This document shows, in pieces, positions 6,999 through 14,739 of a DNA stretch of 24,431 nt. Source of the stretch: Candidatus Velthaea sp. Lineage in GTDB: Bacteria > Vulcanimicrobiota > Vulcanimicrobiia > Vulcanimicrobiales > Vulcanimicrobiaceae. Below the pieces are notes generated by a model. It was given only the letters and a program-made list of their open reading frames with translations, made no database searches and had not been told where the DNA came from. The stretch covers positions 1 to 24,431 of the forward strand of contig JBEKHC010000079.1 in assembly GCA_050012475.1 (NCBI GenBank), read 5' to 3'. The position numbers and the translations under genes are program-made. How positions within the stretch are numbered: position 1 is the stretch's first letter; every line of letters starts with the position of its first letter.

Positions 6999-9900
6999 CT
7001 AGCTCTTCTTGCGCGTTGCCGTGGACTTTTTGGCTGCCGTCTTTTTCGGGGCAGCCTTTTTGGCCGGGGCTTTCTTGGCTGCCGCCGGGGTCTTCTTGAC
7101 GGCCCGGGCCGGGCCGGACGCCGCCTTCTTCGAGGTGCGCGTCGCGACTTTCTTGACGGCCGTTTTCTTCACGCCGGACGCCTTGGAGGCGGTGGCTTTT
7201 TTGGCAACGGCGCTCTTCTTGACTCCGGTCGCCTTGGACGCCGGCGCCTTGACGCGTCCGCGGGCCGGCGCTGCGGGCGGGGGCGCCTCGATGGCTTGTG
7301 CCGCTACCGGTGCTTGCGGCGGCGCAAGCACAGCCTCGGCCACCGGCTGGGCGACGGTCGCCGCCGAAGCAGCTTTCCGGCGCGTCGTCGTCCGGGTGGC
7401 CCGATTGGTTTCGTGCGCCGGCGGGGCCGGCAGGGCGTGGACCGGCGTCGACTCGATGGTATCGGGAACGCCCTCGGCGTGCGAACTCGAGCGTCGCCGG
7501 CGTGCTGGCGTCGTGACCTTGACCTCGGCGGCGGGCTCCTCGGGAGCCGTCAACGACGGCGGCGGCGCCTCCACGGCGACGTGTCCGGGCCGGCGGTTCC
7601 AGGGTGCGATGGCGCGCGAGGGTTCTTTGGGGGCTGTTTGGCCAGTCGCGTGCGCAGCACCATCCGACGTTACCCGGAAGATGTGCCGGTCGGGGACAGC
7701 CGGCTGGCTGGCCGCAGGGGTCTGACCCGCGGCCTCGCCGGCGCCGCGGCCGCGCCGGCGGCGCCGGCGGCGCCGGCGTTTGAGTTCGCCGTTCTCGCCG
7801 GGGGCATCGTCGGCACCTGGGGAGATCTCGGCCAACACCCCGGCGTCGTCCTCGGCGATGTCGTCTTCGGTGTCGGGCGTCGCGGTCGGACGCGCGGCGC
7901 CGCGGGCCGTGAGCCCGCCCGTGGGCTGCAGCGGGATGGGTTCGGCACTGCCGCCGCGGCCGCGCCGGCGGCGCCGCCGCCGACGGCGCGTCCCGTCGCC
8001 GGTCCCGGTGGCCTCGGTGATAGGAATGACGTTATCGCCCGACCCGGCCTCCGCCTCAACGGTGTCGTCGACCGGCTCGGCGACGACTGGGGGCGGCTCG
8101 GCAAGCGGCGGCGGATCCCCGCGAGCGATGCGGTCGCCCGACAAAGATTCACCCGGCATGACGAGCGCGCCCGAGAGTGACTCGCCGGGCAGCTTCACGA
8201 CGCTGCCGCGGCCCACGACGCTTGCCGCGGGCTTCACCGGCGGGGTGAGTCCTTTGGTCGCGCGATCCTCCGCAACGGCCGCGACGTTGGCCTTCGGATC
8301 GGTCTTCTCGACTTCGGCTTCTTCGCTGGTCGAAATGCCGATCGCGGGACGTGCGCCCGCGCCCTTGGCGGCTTCTTCGGCCAGTTCGAGCAATTCTTCG
8401 GTTTGCTCCTCGACCGTAAGGGGTTTGGTCCGGCCACGGCCGCCGCGGCGCCGCTTGCGCTTGCCTTCGCCGGCCGCCGCGCCGGCGAAACTCGCCGCAG
8501 CGATCGGGATGCGCGGCTCGGCCAGAATTTCGTCCCCATCGACATCGATGATGCGAATCTTCATGGAGTTGCCGGCTTGATTCGCGGCGTTCTCGACTTC
8601 GACGAGCCGCCCGTTTACGACGGCGAGGGCCGAGGTGCCGCTGGGCGTCCGAACGTTGAGCAAATCGACGTCGAATTCGTCGCCGACGCGAATCGGCAGC
8701 AGTTCGGGCAATGCACCGTTGAACGAGACGCGCGGCTTTTCCGGATGGACGGCCGGATCGACGCGCACGTCAATCGGTTTGCCGACCTGTTCGGCAAGCT
8801 GTTTGAGCTCGTCTTCGTACCAGAACTCGACTTGCGCCGCGACGTTGGGCGAAGCGGCGATGTGCACGTGTTCGCCGGTTCCTCCGGCATGCGCCTCGAT
8901 TTGGCGGAAGGTCGAGATCGTGACCGACTCGGGCGACATGACGGTGCCCAAGCCGCTGCACGTCGGACACGCGCCGCGCAGCTGGCCACCCAAATCTTTA
9001 CCGACGCGCTTGCGCGTGAACTCGAGCAAACCCAACGGCGAGAACGACTGGATGGTCGAACGCGTGCGATCTTTTCGCAAGCCTGCTTCGAGCGTCGCGA
9101 TGACCTTGTTGCGATTGCCCTCGGTATTCATGTCGATGAAATCGCACACGATAATGCCGCCGATGTCGCGCAACCGGACTTGGCGGGCGATTTCCGCCGC
9201 CGCTTCGACGTTGGTGCGGACGATCGTATCTTCGAGATTTTTACCGCCGGTGAACTTCCCGGAGTTCACGTCGATCACGGTCAGCGCTTCGGTCGTCTCG
9301 ATGACGATCGATCCGCCGGAGGGCAATTTTACCGTCGGCCGCATCAAGCGCCCGAGTTCCTCATCGATTTTGTAATCGCTGAACAGCGCCCGGCCGCCGG
9401 GATACGGTTTGATCCGCTCCAGATATTGCGGGCCCAGCAGGCGCATGAAATCCCGCACGTTTTCGGCTTCAGCCGGATCGTCGATGTAGACGTTCTCGAC
9501 CTCGGGCGTGATGAAGTCGCGCGCCGCCTTGTAGACGAGATTCATGTCTTTGTGCAAAAGCGCCGGCGACGCCGAACGTTTGAACTGCTCGAGAATGCCG
9601 TGCCACATGCGAATGAGCACGCCCAGATCGGCGACCAATTCGGCCGATGAAACGCGGTTGGCCGCGGTCCGCACGACGGTCGCCATCCCTTCGGGACGGA
9701 TCGCCTTCATGATGCCTTTGAGGCGGTTGCGTTCCTCGGCCGACTCGATCTTGCGCGACACGCCGCTGTACTTTCCCGTCGGCATGAGAATCAGATAGCG
9801 TCCGGGCAGCGAGATGTTGGTCGAGATTCGTGCGCCTTTGAGGCCGCGCGGTTCCTTGACGATTTGCACGAGCACGTCGTCGCCGCGGTTGACTTTCTCG

Positions 9901-10178
9901 TTGATCGTCCAGCCGCTGCGGCCGGACGTTATTTCGACGTCACCGATGTTGAGCGGCGTCTTGTTGATGTCGTCGACGTAAAGAAACGCGTTGCGTCCCA
10001 AACCGATATCGACGAAGCTGGCACCCATGCCGGGCAAAACGTTCTGAACTTTGCCCTTGAAGATCGAGCCGATGACTTTTTCTTCGCGCTCGACGTAAAT
10101 TTCTGAAAGCGTCCCATCTTCGAGGATCGCGACGCGGTTTTCCCACGGATCGCTCGAAATGAGAATATCGGTTGGCAA
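6999..10178 (-). CDS. rne: Ribonuclease E/G family protein with TRAM-like domain and long disordered C-terminus
   Basis: S1 domain (FKGKVQNVLPGMGASFVDIG), TEALTVIDVNSG, RLRDIGGIIVCDFIDM, and Zn-link CPTCSGLG. Start placed at TTG 10178 (MPTDILIS) with GGAG 8 nt upstream; ATG 10193 is an alternative. Confidence 0.93.
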   Translation of the reverse strand: MPTDILISSDPWENRVAILEDGTLSEIYVEREEKVIGSIFKGKVQNVLPGMGASFVDIGLGRNAFLYVDDINKTPLNIGDVEITSGRSGWTINEKVNRGDDVLVQIVKEPRGLKGARISTNISLPGRYLILMPTGKYSGVSRKIESAEERNRLKGIMKAIRPEGMATVVRTAANRVSSAELVADLGVLIRMWHGILEQFKRSASPALLHKDMNLVYKAARDFITPEVENVYIDDPAEAENVRDFMRLLGPQYLERIKPYPGGRALFSDYKIDEELGRLMRPTVKLPSGGSIVIETTEALTVIDVNSGKFTGGKNLEDTIVRTNVEAAAEIARQVRLRDIGGIIVCDFIDMNTEGNRNKVIATLEAGLRKDRTRSTIQSFSPLGLLEFTRKRVGKDLGGQLRGACPTCSGLGTVMSPESVTISTFRQIEAHAGGTGEHVHIAASPNVAAQVEFWYEDELKQLAEQVGKPIDVRVDPAVHPEKPRVSFNGALPELLPIRVGDEFDVDLLNVRTPSGTSALAVVNGRLVEVENAANQAGNSMKIRIIDVDGDEILAEPRIPIAAASFAGAAAGEGKRKRRRGGRGRTKPLTVEEQTEELLELAEEAAKGAGARPAIGISTSEEAEVEKTDPKANVAAVAEDRATKGLTPPVKPAASVVGRGSVVKLPGESLSGALVMPGESLSGDRIARGDPPPLAEPPPVVAEPVDDTVEAEAGSGDNVIPITEATGTGDGTRRRRRRRRRGRGGSAEPIPLQPTGGLTARGAARPTATPDTEDDIAEDDAGVLAEISPGADDAPGENGELKRRRRRRRRRGRGAGEAAGQTPAASQPAVPDRHIFRVTSDGAAHATGQTAPKEPSRAIAPWNRRPGHVAVEAPPPSLTAPEEPAAEVKVTTPARRRRSSSHAEGVPDTIESTPVHALPAPPAHETNRATRTTTRRKAASAATVAQPVAEAVLAPPQAPVAAQAIEAPPPAAPARGRVKAPASKATGVKKSAVAKKATASKASGVKKTAVKKVATRTSKKAASGPARAVKKTPAAAKKAPAKKAAPKKTAAKKSTATRKKS

Positions 10179-10603
10179 GTTGGGCTCTCCCATGATGGGC
10201 CGAACCCCGCAATCGAACTTCGCGAACCGCCTTCTGGGCGACTCGAGCGGACGATCCGGGCTCCGCCCGTCTCCTATACGAATCTTGATTTTTGTAGAAT
10301 GCGTCGGCCTCAGGGACGATCCAGCACCCACGTGCGACCGCCCAGCTTGGCCGCAGTGGTCATTCCTTCTCGCGGGATGGGGTCCTTTCCGGCCTCCTGC
10401 GCCCCCGGGAGGAACAAGCCGGTCGTTTTACCGGCCGCTCCGCGGACGCCGCGAGCCGCCGCAGCGTGCTTTTCAGCTTGCTGCACGCGCCAAACGGCGA
10501 ACCCTTGCCTGCTAAAATGCTCGCCGAACGGGTCCGGCCGGAGGACGCGGGTGCGGCCCGGAGGCACGAAAGTTTAACCGAACCGCCGTCGTGCGCCGGG
10601 ATT

Positions 10604-11065
10604 TTACGGTTTGTCGCCCGGCGCCGGGAACATGGCTCGGCTGCCGGCTCGCGTTACGGCGGCGAGTTGCGTAATCTCGGAATCGCCGCTGAGCTTGACC
10701 CTGATGCGATACGGAAACGTGATGCTCAGCGGCCTTCCGTTGCGCGCTTCGAAGTGCACCCGGATGCTGTCGAGCTGGTGGACCTCGTGCGGCAGCGTGA
10801 CGCGTTCATAGTGCGCGATGGCGGCGCTCGCGAGCGCATGCATCGCGACCTGGAGCTTCACCGTGGCGCGCAAGTCGGCGAGATGGTTGTCGGGATCGGG
10901 GAACTGATCGCCCGTGTACACCGCGATGATCCCGATGCGTCCCGCGTCGTCCATCGTCAACGCCATCGGCGCAAGCTCGCCCTGACTTCTCGCGAGTTCC
11001 GCGAACGCGCGGTCGCGGATGACGGTGATGAGCCGCTGCGCGCGGTCACGGGCGACGTTCTTCAA
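10604..11065 (-). CDS. Hypothetical protein (~153 aa)
   Basis: This is the part of ORF 10604..11500 that does not overlap rodA. A TTG start overlaps the rodA TGA (TTGA), and the composition looks globular. Confidence 0.7.
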   Translation of the reverse strand: MKNVARDRAQRLITVIRDRAFAELARSQGELAPMALTMDDAGRIGIIAVYTGDQFPDPDNHLADLRATVKLQVAMHALASAAIAHYERVTLPHEVHQLDSIRVHFEARNGRPLSITFPYRIRVKLSGDSEITQLAAVTRAGSRAMFPAPGDKP

Positions 11066-12207
11066 ATGTGCGGCTTGGCCGCGGCCTTGGCGTTGGCCGT
11101 CGGACCCTCGTCGAACACCAGGCGATCGCGCTGCATGGAAATGTTGAGCAGGATGCCGACGGCGATGTAGTTGGTGAGAATCGAACTCCCGCCGTACGAC
11201 ATGAACGGCAGCGGGATGCCGGTGATCGGCATGATGCCGATCGTCATGCCGATATTGACGATCATGTGAAAGGCGAGCATCGCGACCAGCCCGACGCCGA
11301 GCAAGACGCCGAATCGATCGCGCGCGGCAAACACCGCGCGCATCGCCCCGCCGACGATGGCGACGTAGAGGGCAAGCAACACGAGCGCGCCGATATAGCC
11401 GGCCTCTTCGCCGACGACGGTAAAAATAAAATCGCGGCTGTGTTCGGGCACGAAGTTCAATTGCGTTTGCGTGCCTTTGTACAGTCCTTTGCCGAACCAT
11501 TCACCACTGCCGACCGCTATTTTCGATTGATTCAAATTCCAGCCGGCGCCCTGCGGATCGGCTTTCGGATTGAGGAACACCAGCAGCCGCGCGCGCTGGA
11601 ACGGCTTGAGAATCTTGTCGCTGGTGAGCACGAAGGCCGACGCTGCGATGATGCCGCCGACGTAAATGCTAAAATCGAGTAAATTCGCCAAACCGAAAAA
11701 CAGCTCGGCCGTGAGGATCGCGCCGATCACCAGGGTCGTGCCGAGATCCGGCTGCTTGAGGATCAGCAACGCGGGAATTGCGACGACCGCCAGCGGCAGC
11801 AGCATCTCTTGCAACTTTTGATAGCTGCTGCGGCACAACAACGCCGCGATCGCGATCGCCAGCGAAAGCTTCGCTGGTTCCGACGGCTGAAACGTGAACG
11901 AGCCGATCGAAATCCAGCGCTGCGCGCCCAACGCGCTATGGCCCTTGAGTAAAATAAAAATAAGCAGTCCGACGTTGGCTGCGTAGAGCGGCGCGGCCCA
12001 GCGTTGCCAGACGTGATAGTCGATGAACGCGAACCCAATCATCAAGCCGATGCCGAGCACCGCGTACAGCGTTTGATTGCGGACCTCGCCGGCTTCCGAG
12101 GGCGTGTGCAGCGTCGCCGACCCGATGAACACGATTCCGCCCACGGTAACCAGGACGCACGCCAGCGCAAGGAGCCAATTGAACGAGGCGTACCAGGGAC
12201 GGTCCAC
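11062..12207 (-). CDS. rodA: Rod shape-determining SEDS glycosyltransferase RodA
   Basis: GAQRWI, FQPSEPAK, LKQPDLGT, QSKIAVGSG, FVPEHSRDFIF and MPITGIPLPFMSYGGSS. Probable GTG start at 12207. Position downstream of min genes fits rodA rather than ftsW. Confidence 0.92.
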   Translation of the reverse strand: MDRPWYASFNWLLALACVLVTVGGIVFIGSATLHTPSEAGEVRNQTLYAVLGIGLMIGFAFIDYHVWQRWAAPLYAANVGLLIFILLKGHSALGAQRWISIGSFTFQPSEPAKLSLAIAIAALLCRSSYQKLQEMLLPLAVVAIPALLILKQPDLGTTLVIGAILTAELFFGLANLLDFSIYVGGIIAASAFVLTSDKILKPFQRARLLVFLNPKADPQGAGWNLNQSKIAVGSGEWFGKGLYKGTQTQLNFVPEHSRDFIFTVVGEEAGYIGALVLLALYVAIVGGAMRAVFAARDRFGVLLGVGLVAMLAFHMIVNIGMTIGIMPITGIPLPFMSYGGSSILTNYIAVGILLNISMQRDRLVFDEGPTANAKAAAKPHI

Positions 12208-12289
12208 CGCGCGATCTTCGTCCCGGCGCGAAAGCGGCCCCGCGGCAATCGCAGGAGCATCGCCCGGGCCCGGCGTGGAAGCGCTGCAC

Positions 12290-12553
12290 ATGAGCCGTTT
12301 GAACGACGTGGGCGGGATGCACGGGTTCGGACCGATCGAACGCGCCGCGGACGAGCCGCCGTTTCATTCCGAGTGGGAAGCGCGCGTCTTCGCACTCAAC
12401 CGGCTGCTCTTGCTGCGGGGCGTCTACAACCTCGACCAATTTCGCGCCGCGGTCGAGGCGATCGAACCGGCGCGCTTTCTCGCTTTGCCCTATTACGAAC
12501 GCTGGTTGGAGGCGATCGAGCAGCTCGTGGCGCGGCACGAGGGCGCGGCATGA
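12290..12553 (+). CDS. Nitrile hydratase beta-subunit N-terminal half (ScnB/ToyK-like), 87 aa
   Basis: From ATG 12290: MSRLNDVGGMHGFGPI...PPFHSEWEARVFAL...NLDQFRAAVE...PYYERWL, matching NHase beta N-terminal motifs including the conserved Arg. Confidence 0.9.
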   Translation: MSRLNDVGGMHGFGPIERAADEPPFHSEWEARVFALNRLLLLRGVYNLDQFRAAVEAIEPARFLALPYYERWLEAIEQLVARHEGAA

Positions 12554-12819
12554 CGCTGCAGCCGGGCGACCGCGTGCGGACCAGCGGCCGCAACCCAGCC
12601 GGACACACCCGGCTGCCGCACTACCTGCGGGCAAAACCCGGCGTGATCGAAGCAGTCCACGGCCGCTATCCGCTCGCCGACGAACGCGCCGCCGGACGCG
12701 ACGTCGCCGAGTGCTTGTACACCGTTGCTTTCGCGGGCGAGGACGTGTGGGAGATCGATGCCGAGCCGAACTGCGTGATCCACGCCGAATTGTGGGAGTC
12801 GTACCTTGTCCGGCGCTGA
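12550..12819 (+). CDS. Nitrile hydratase beta-subunit C-terminal SH3-like half (ScnA/ToyL-like), 89 aa
   Basis: From ATG 12550 (ATGA overlap): PGDRVR...GHTRLPHYLRAKPGVI...LYTVAF...VW...ELWESYL. Confidence 0.9.
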   Translation: MTLQPGDRVRTSGRNPAGHTRLPHYLRAKPGVIEAVHGRYPLADERAAGRDVAECLYTVAFAGEDVWEIDAEPNCVIHAELWESYLVRR

Positions 12820-13420
12820 GCACGCGCACCCCCATCCGCACGAAAACAGTTCAGCCGCCATGCTCACCGGACGCGTCGACGCCCTCATCGCGCGGCTCGA
12901 ACGCGCGGGTCTGCTGAGCGAAGCGGAGATCGGCGCGACGATCGAGCGCTTCTTGGCCGCGTCCGGACCGGGCAACGGCGCTCGTCTGGTGGCGCGCGCC
13001 TGGACCGATCCGGCCTTCAAATCGCGGCTCTTGACCGACGCCAACGCCGCGATCACCGAACTGGGACTCGACCTGAGCCACTGGGCCGCCGTGCGGATGC
13101 GCGCCGTCGAAAACACCGCCGGCGTGCGCAACGTGATCGTCTGCACGCTCTGCTCGTGCTACCCGATCGCCCTGCTCGGTCCGTCGCCGGCCTGGTACAA
13201 AAGCGAGGCCTACCGCTCGCGCGTCGTCCGTGAGCCGCGCGCGGTCTTGGCCGAATTCGGCTGCCGCGTCCCCGACGACGTCCAAATCCGCGTTTGGGAC
13301 AGCACCGCGGAGCTGCGTTACGTCGTCATCCCGCAGCGTCCGCCCGGCACCGGCGAGTGTAGTGAAGCGGAACTCGCCGCACTCGTCAGCCGCGACATGC
13401 TCATCGGCGTCGCTGGTTAG
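12806..13420 (+). CDS. Nitrile hydratase alpha / thiocyanate hydrolase gamma family subunit, cobalt-type motif
   Basis: GARLVARAWTDPAFK, metal motif VCTLCSCYP, WYKSEAYRSRVVREPRAVLAEFG, and VWDSTAELRYVVIPQRP. His-rich N-terminus; GGAG 7 nt before the TTG start. Confidence 0.95.
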   Translation: MSGAEHAHPHPHENSSAAMLTGRVDALIARLERAGLLSEAEIGATIERFLAASGPGNGARLVARAWTDPAFKSRLLTDANAAITELGLDLSHWAAVRMRAVENTAGVRNVIVCTLCSCYPIALLGPSPAWYKSEAYRSRVVREPRAVLAEFGCRVPDDVQIRVWDSTAELRYVVIPQRPPGTGECSEAELAALVSRDMLIGVAG

Positions 13421-13887
13421 CCCGCGGCCGGCACGGCCTTGTTGCCCGCGCGCCGTCGCCGTTTGCGTTTGCGCACCGTCGCGGTCGACGGACCGGTGGC
13501 CTTGGGCTTCTCGGCAATCTGGTAGGCTGCGCCGAGCGCATCGCCGCGCGGCGGCGGATCGGGCGTTCCCGGCGTCCCGCCGGGCGGAGCCGGCGGCGGA
13601 GCGCTGGGCGGCGTCCGTTCGCGTTCGCGCTCACGCTCACGCATGGCGAGAATCGGGATGTTCGCGAGCATGGCGACCGCGCGGTCCTGCTGCTCGAACG
13701 AGACGTCGCAATTCTTTTCGTCGACTTCGACGTATTTGGAAATGACGGCGATCAAGTCGGCCCGCAGCGACTCGACCACGTCGGGTGCGAGCGAAAGATG
13801 GTCCGACAAGAGAACGAGCCGCAACCGCTCGCGTGCTACCGCGCCGGATTGTTCGGGAGCAAAAAGCCGTTTGAAGAATTCAATCAT
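13417..13887 (-). CDS. minE: Cell division topological specificity factor MinE with low-complexity C-terminal extension
   Basis: Amphipathic MIEFFKRLF, SGAVARERLRLVL, LRADLIAVISKYVEVD and LANIPI; directly downstream of minD. Confidence 0.92.
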   Translation of the reverse strand: MIEFFKRLFAPEQSGAVARERLRLVLLSDHLSLAPDVVESLRADLIAVISKYVEVDEKNCDVSFEQQDRAVAMLANIPILAMRERERERERTPPSAPPPAPPGGTPGTPDPPPRGDALGAAYQIAEKPKATGPSTATVRKRKRRRRAGNKAVPAAG

Positions 13888-13892
13888 CGGTG

Positions 13893-14738
13893 TTAGCGTC
13901 GTCCTCCAAAGAACGATCCGAGCTTCTGCAAAAACGTCAGCGGCTGCGGGATATCGGGTTTGGTCGTGTTGGTGCCCGCGATTCGTCCGGCAATCGCGCG
14001 GTACGCCGCGCCGGCCGGCGATGAAGCGTCATGGACCGGCGGCTCGCCTTTGTTGGTCGAGATGATCACGCCCGGTTCGTCGGCGATGACGCCCAACAAC
14101 GGCAGCCGTAAGATCGCGTTGACGTCTTCGACCGACAGCATTTTGCCGCGCCGCACCAGATCGGGCCGGAGGCGATTCACGATGAGTTTGATGCTCTCGC
14201 GGTTGCCCAACAGACCAACGACGCGATCCGCGTCGCGCACGGCGGCGACTTCGGGCGTGCACACGATGATCGCCTCATCGGCGCCGACGATCGCGTTGGT
14301 GAAACCGGTCTCGATGCCGGCCGGACAATCGATGAGCACGTAGTCGAACCGTTCGCGCAGCGAATCGATCATGGCATGCATCGCCGCCGTGTCGACTTCG
14401 TCTTTCTCACGCGTTTGCGCGGCGGCGAGCAACCGCAGCGTCGGAACGCGCTTGTCGCTCACGAGCGCATCGTCGAGCGCGACGCGGTTCTCCAGCACGT
14501 CGAGCACATGGCTGCGCACGCGCGCTTCGAGCCCCAGAACGATATCGAGATTGCGCAGCCCGACGTCGGCATCGACCAACGCGACTTTCGCGCCGGTCAT
14601 TGCGAGCGCCGTGCCGATGTTGGCCGTCGTCGTCGTTTTGCCGACGCCGCCCTTGCCGGAGGTCACCACGATGGCGCGGCCGCGCGGCCGCTTCACGGCG
14701 CCTTCGCCGGGCGCGGGATCTTCTTGCAGTTCGTGCAT
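13893..14738 (-). CDS. minD: Septum site-determining ATPase MinD, second paralog
   Basis: TSGKGGVGKTTT, DADVGLRNLD, IDCPAGIE, VRDADR and C-terminal FLQKLGSFFGG. ATG 14738 lies 1 nt after the upstream minD stop. Confidence 0.9.
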   Translation of the reverse strand: MHELQEDPAPGEGAVKRPRGRAIVVTSGKGGVGKTTTTANIGTALAMTGAKVALVDADVGLRNLDIVLGLEARVRSHVLDVLENRVALDDALVSDKRVPTLRLLAAAQTREKDEVDTAAMHAMIDSLRERFDYVLIDCPAGIETGFTNAIVGADEAIIVCTPEVAAVRDADRVVGLLGNRESIKLIVNRLRPDLVRRGKMLSVEDVNAILRLPLLGVIADEPGVIISTNKGEPPVHDASSPAGAAYRAIAGRIAGTNTTKPDIPQPLTFLQKLGSFFGGRR

Positions 14739-14739
14739 C

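Noticed and set aside
6720..9650. Long plus-strand ORFs (486, 238, 266 and 415 aa) opposite rne
   Set aside because: Shadow ORFs of a GC-rich gene with no recognisable motifs.
10381..10412. SRP RNA-like text on the minus strand (caggaggccggaaaggacc)
   Set aside because: It lacks the conserved AGCAG side of the SRP domain IV loop and a long enclosing helix.
12290..12819. Frameshifted NHase beta pseudogene
   Set aside because: The break is a clean ATGA overlap at the domain boundary where ScnB/ScnA and ToyK/ToyL are also split, and the key residues are intact. Read-level confirmation is still advisable.
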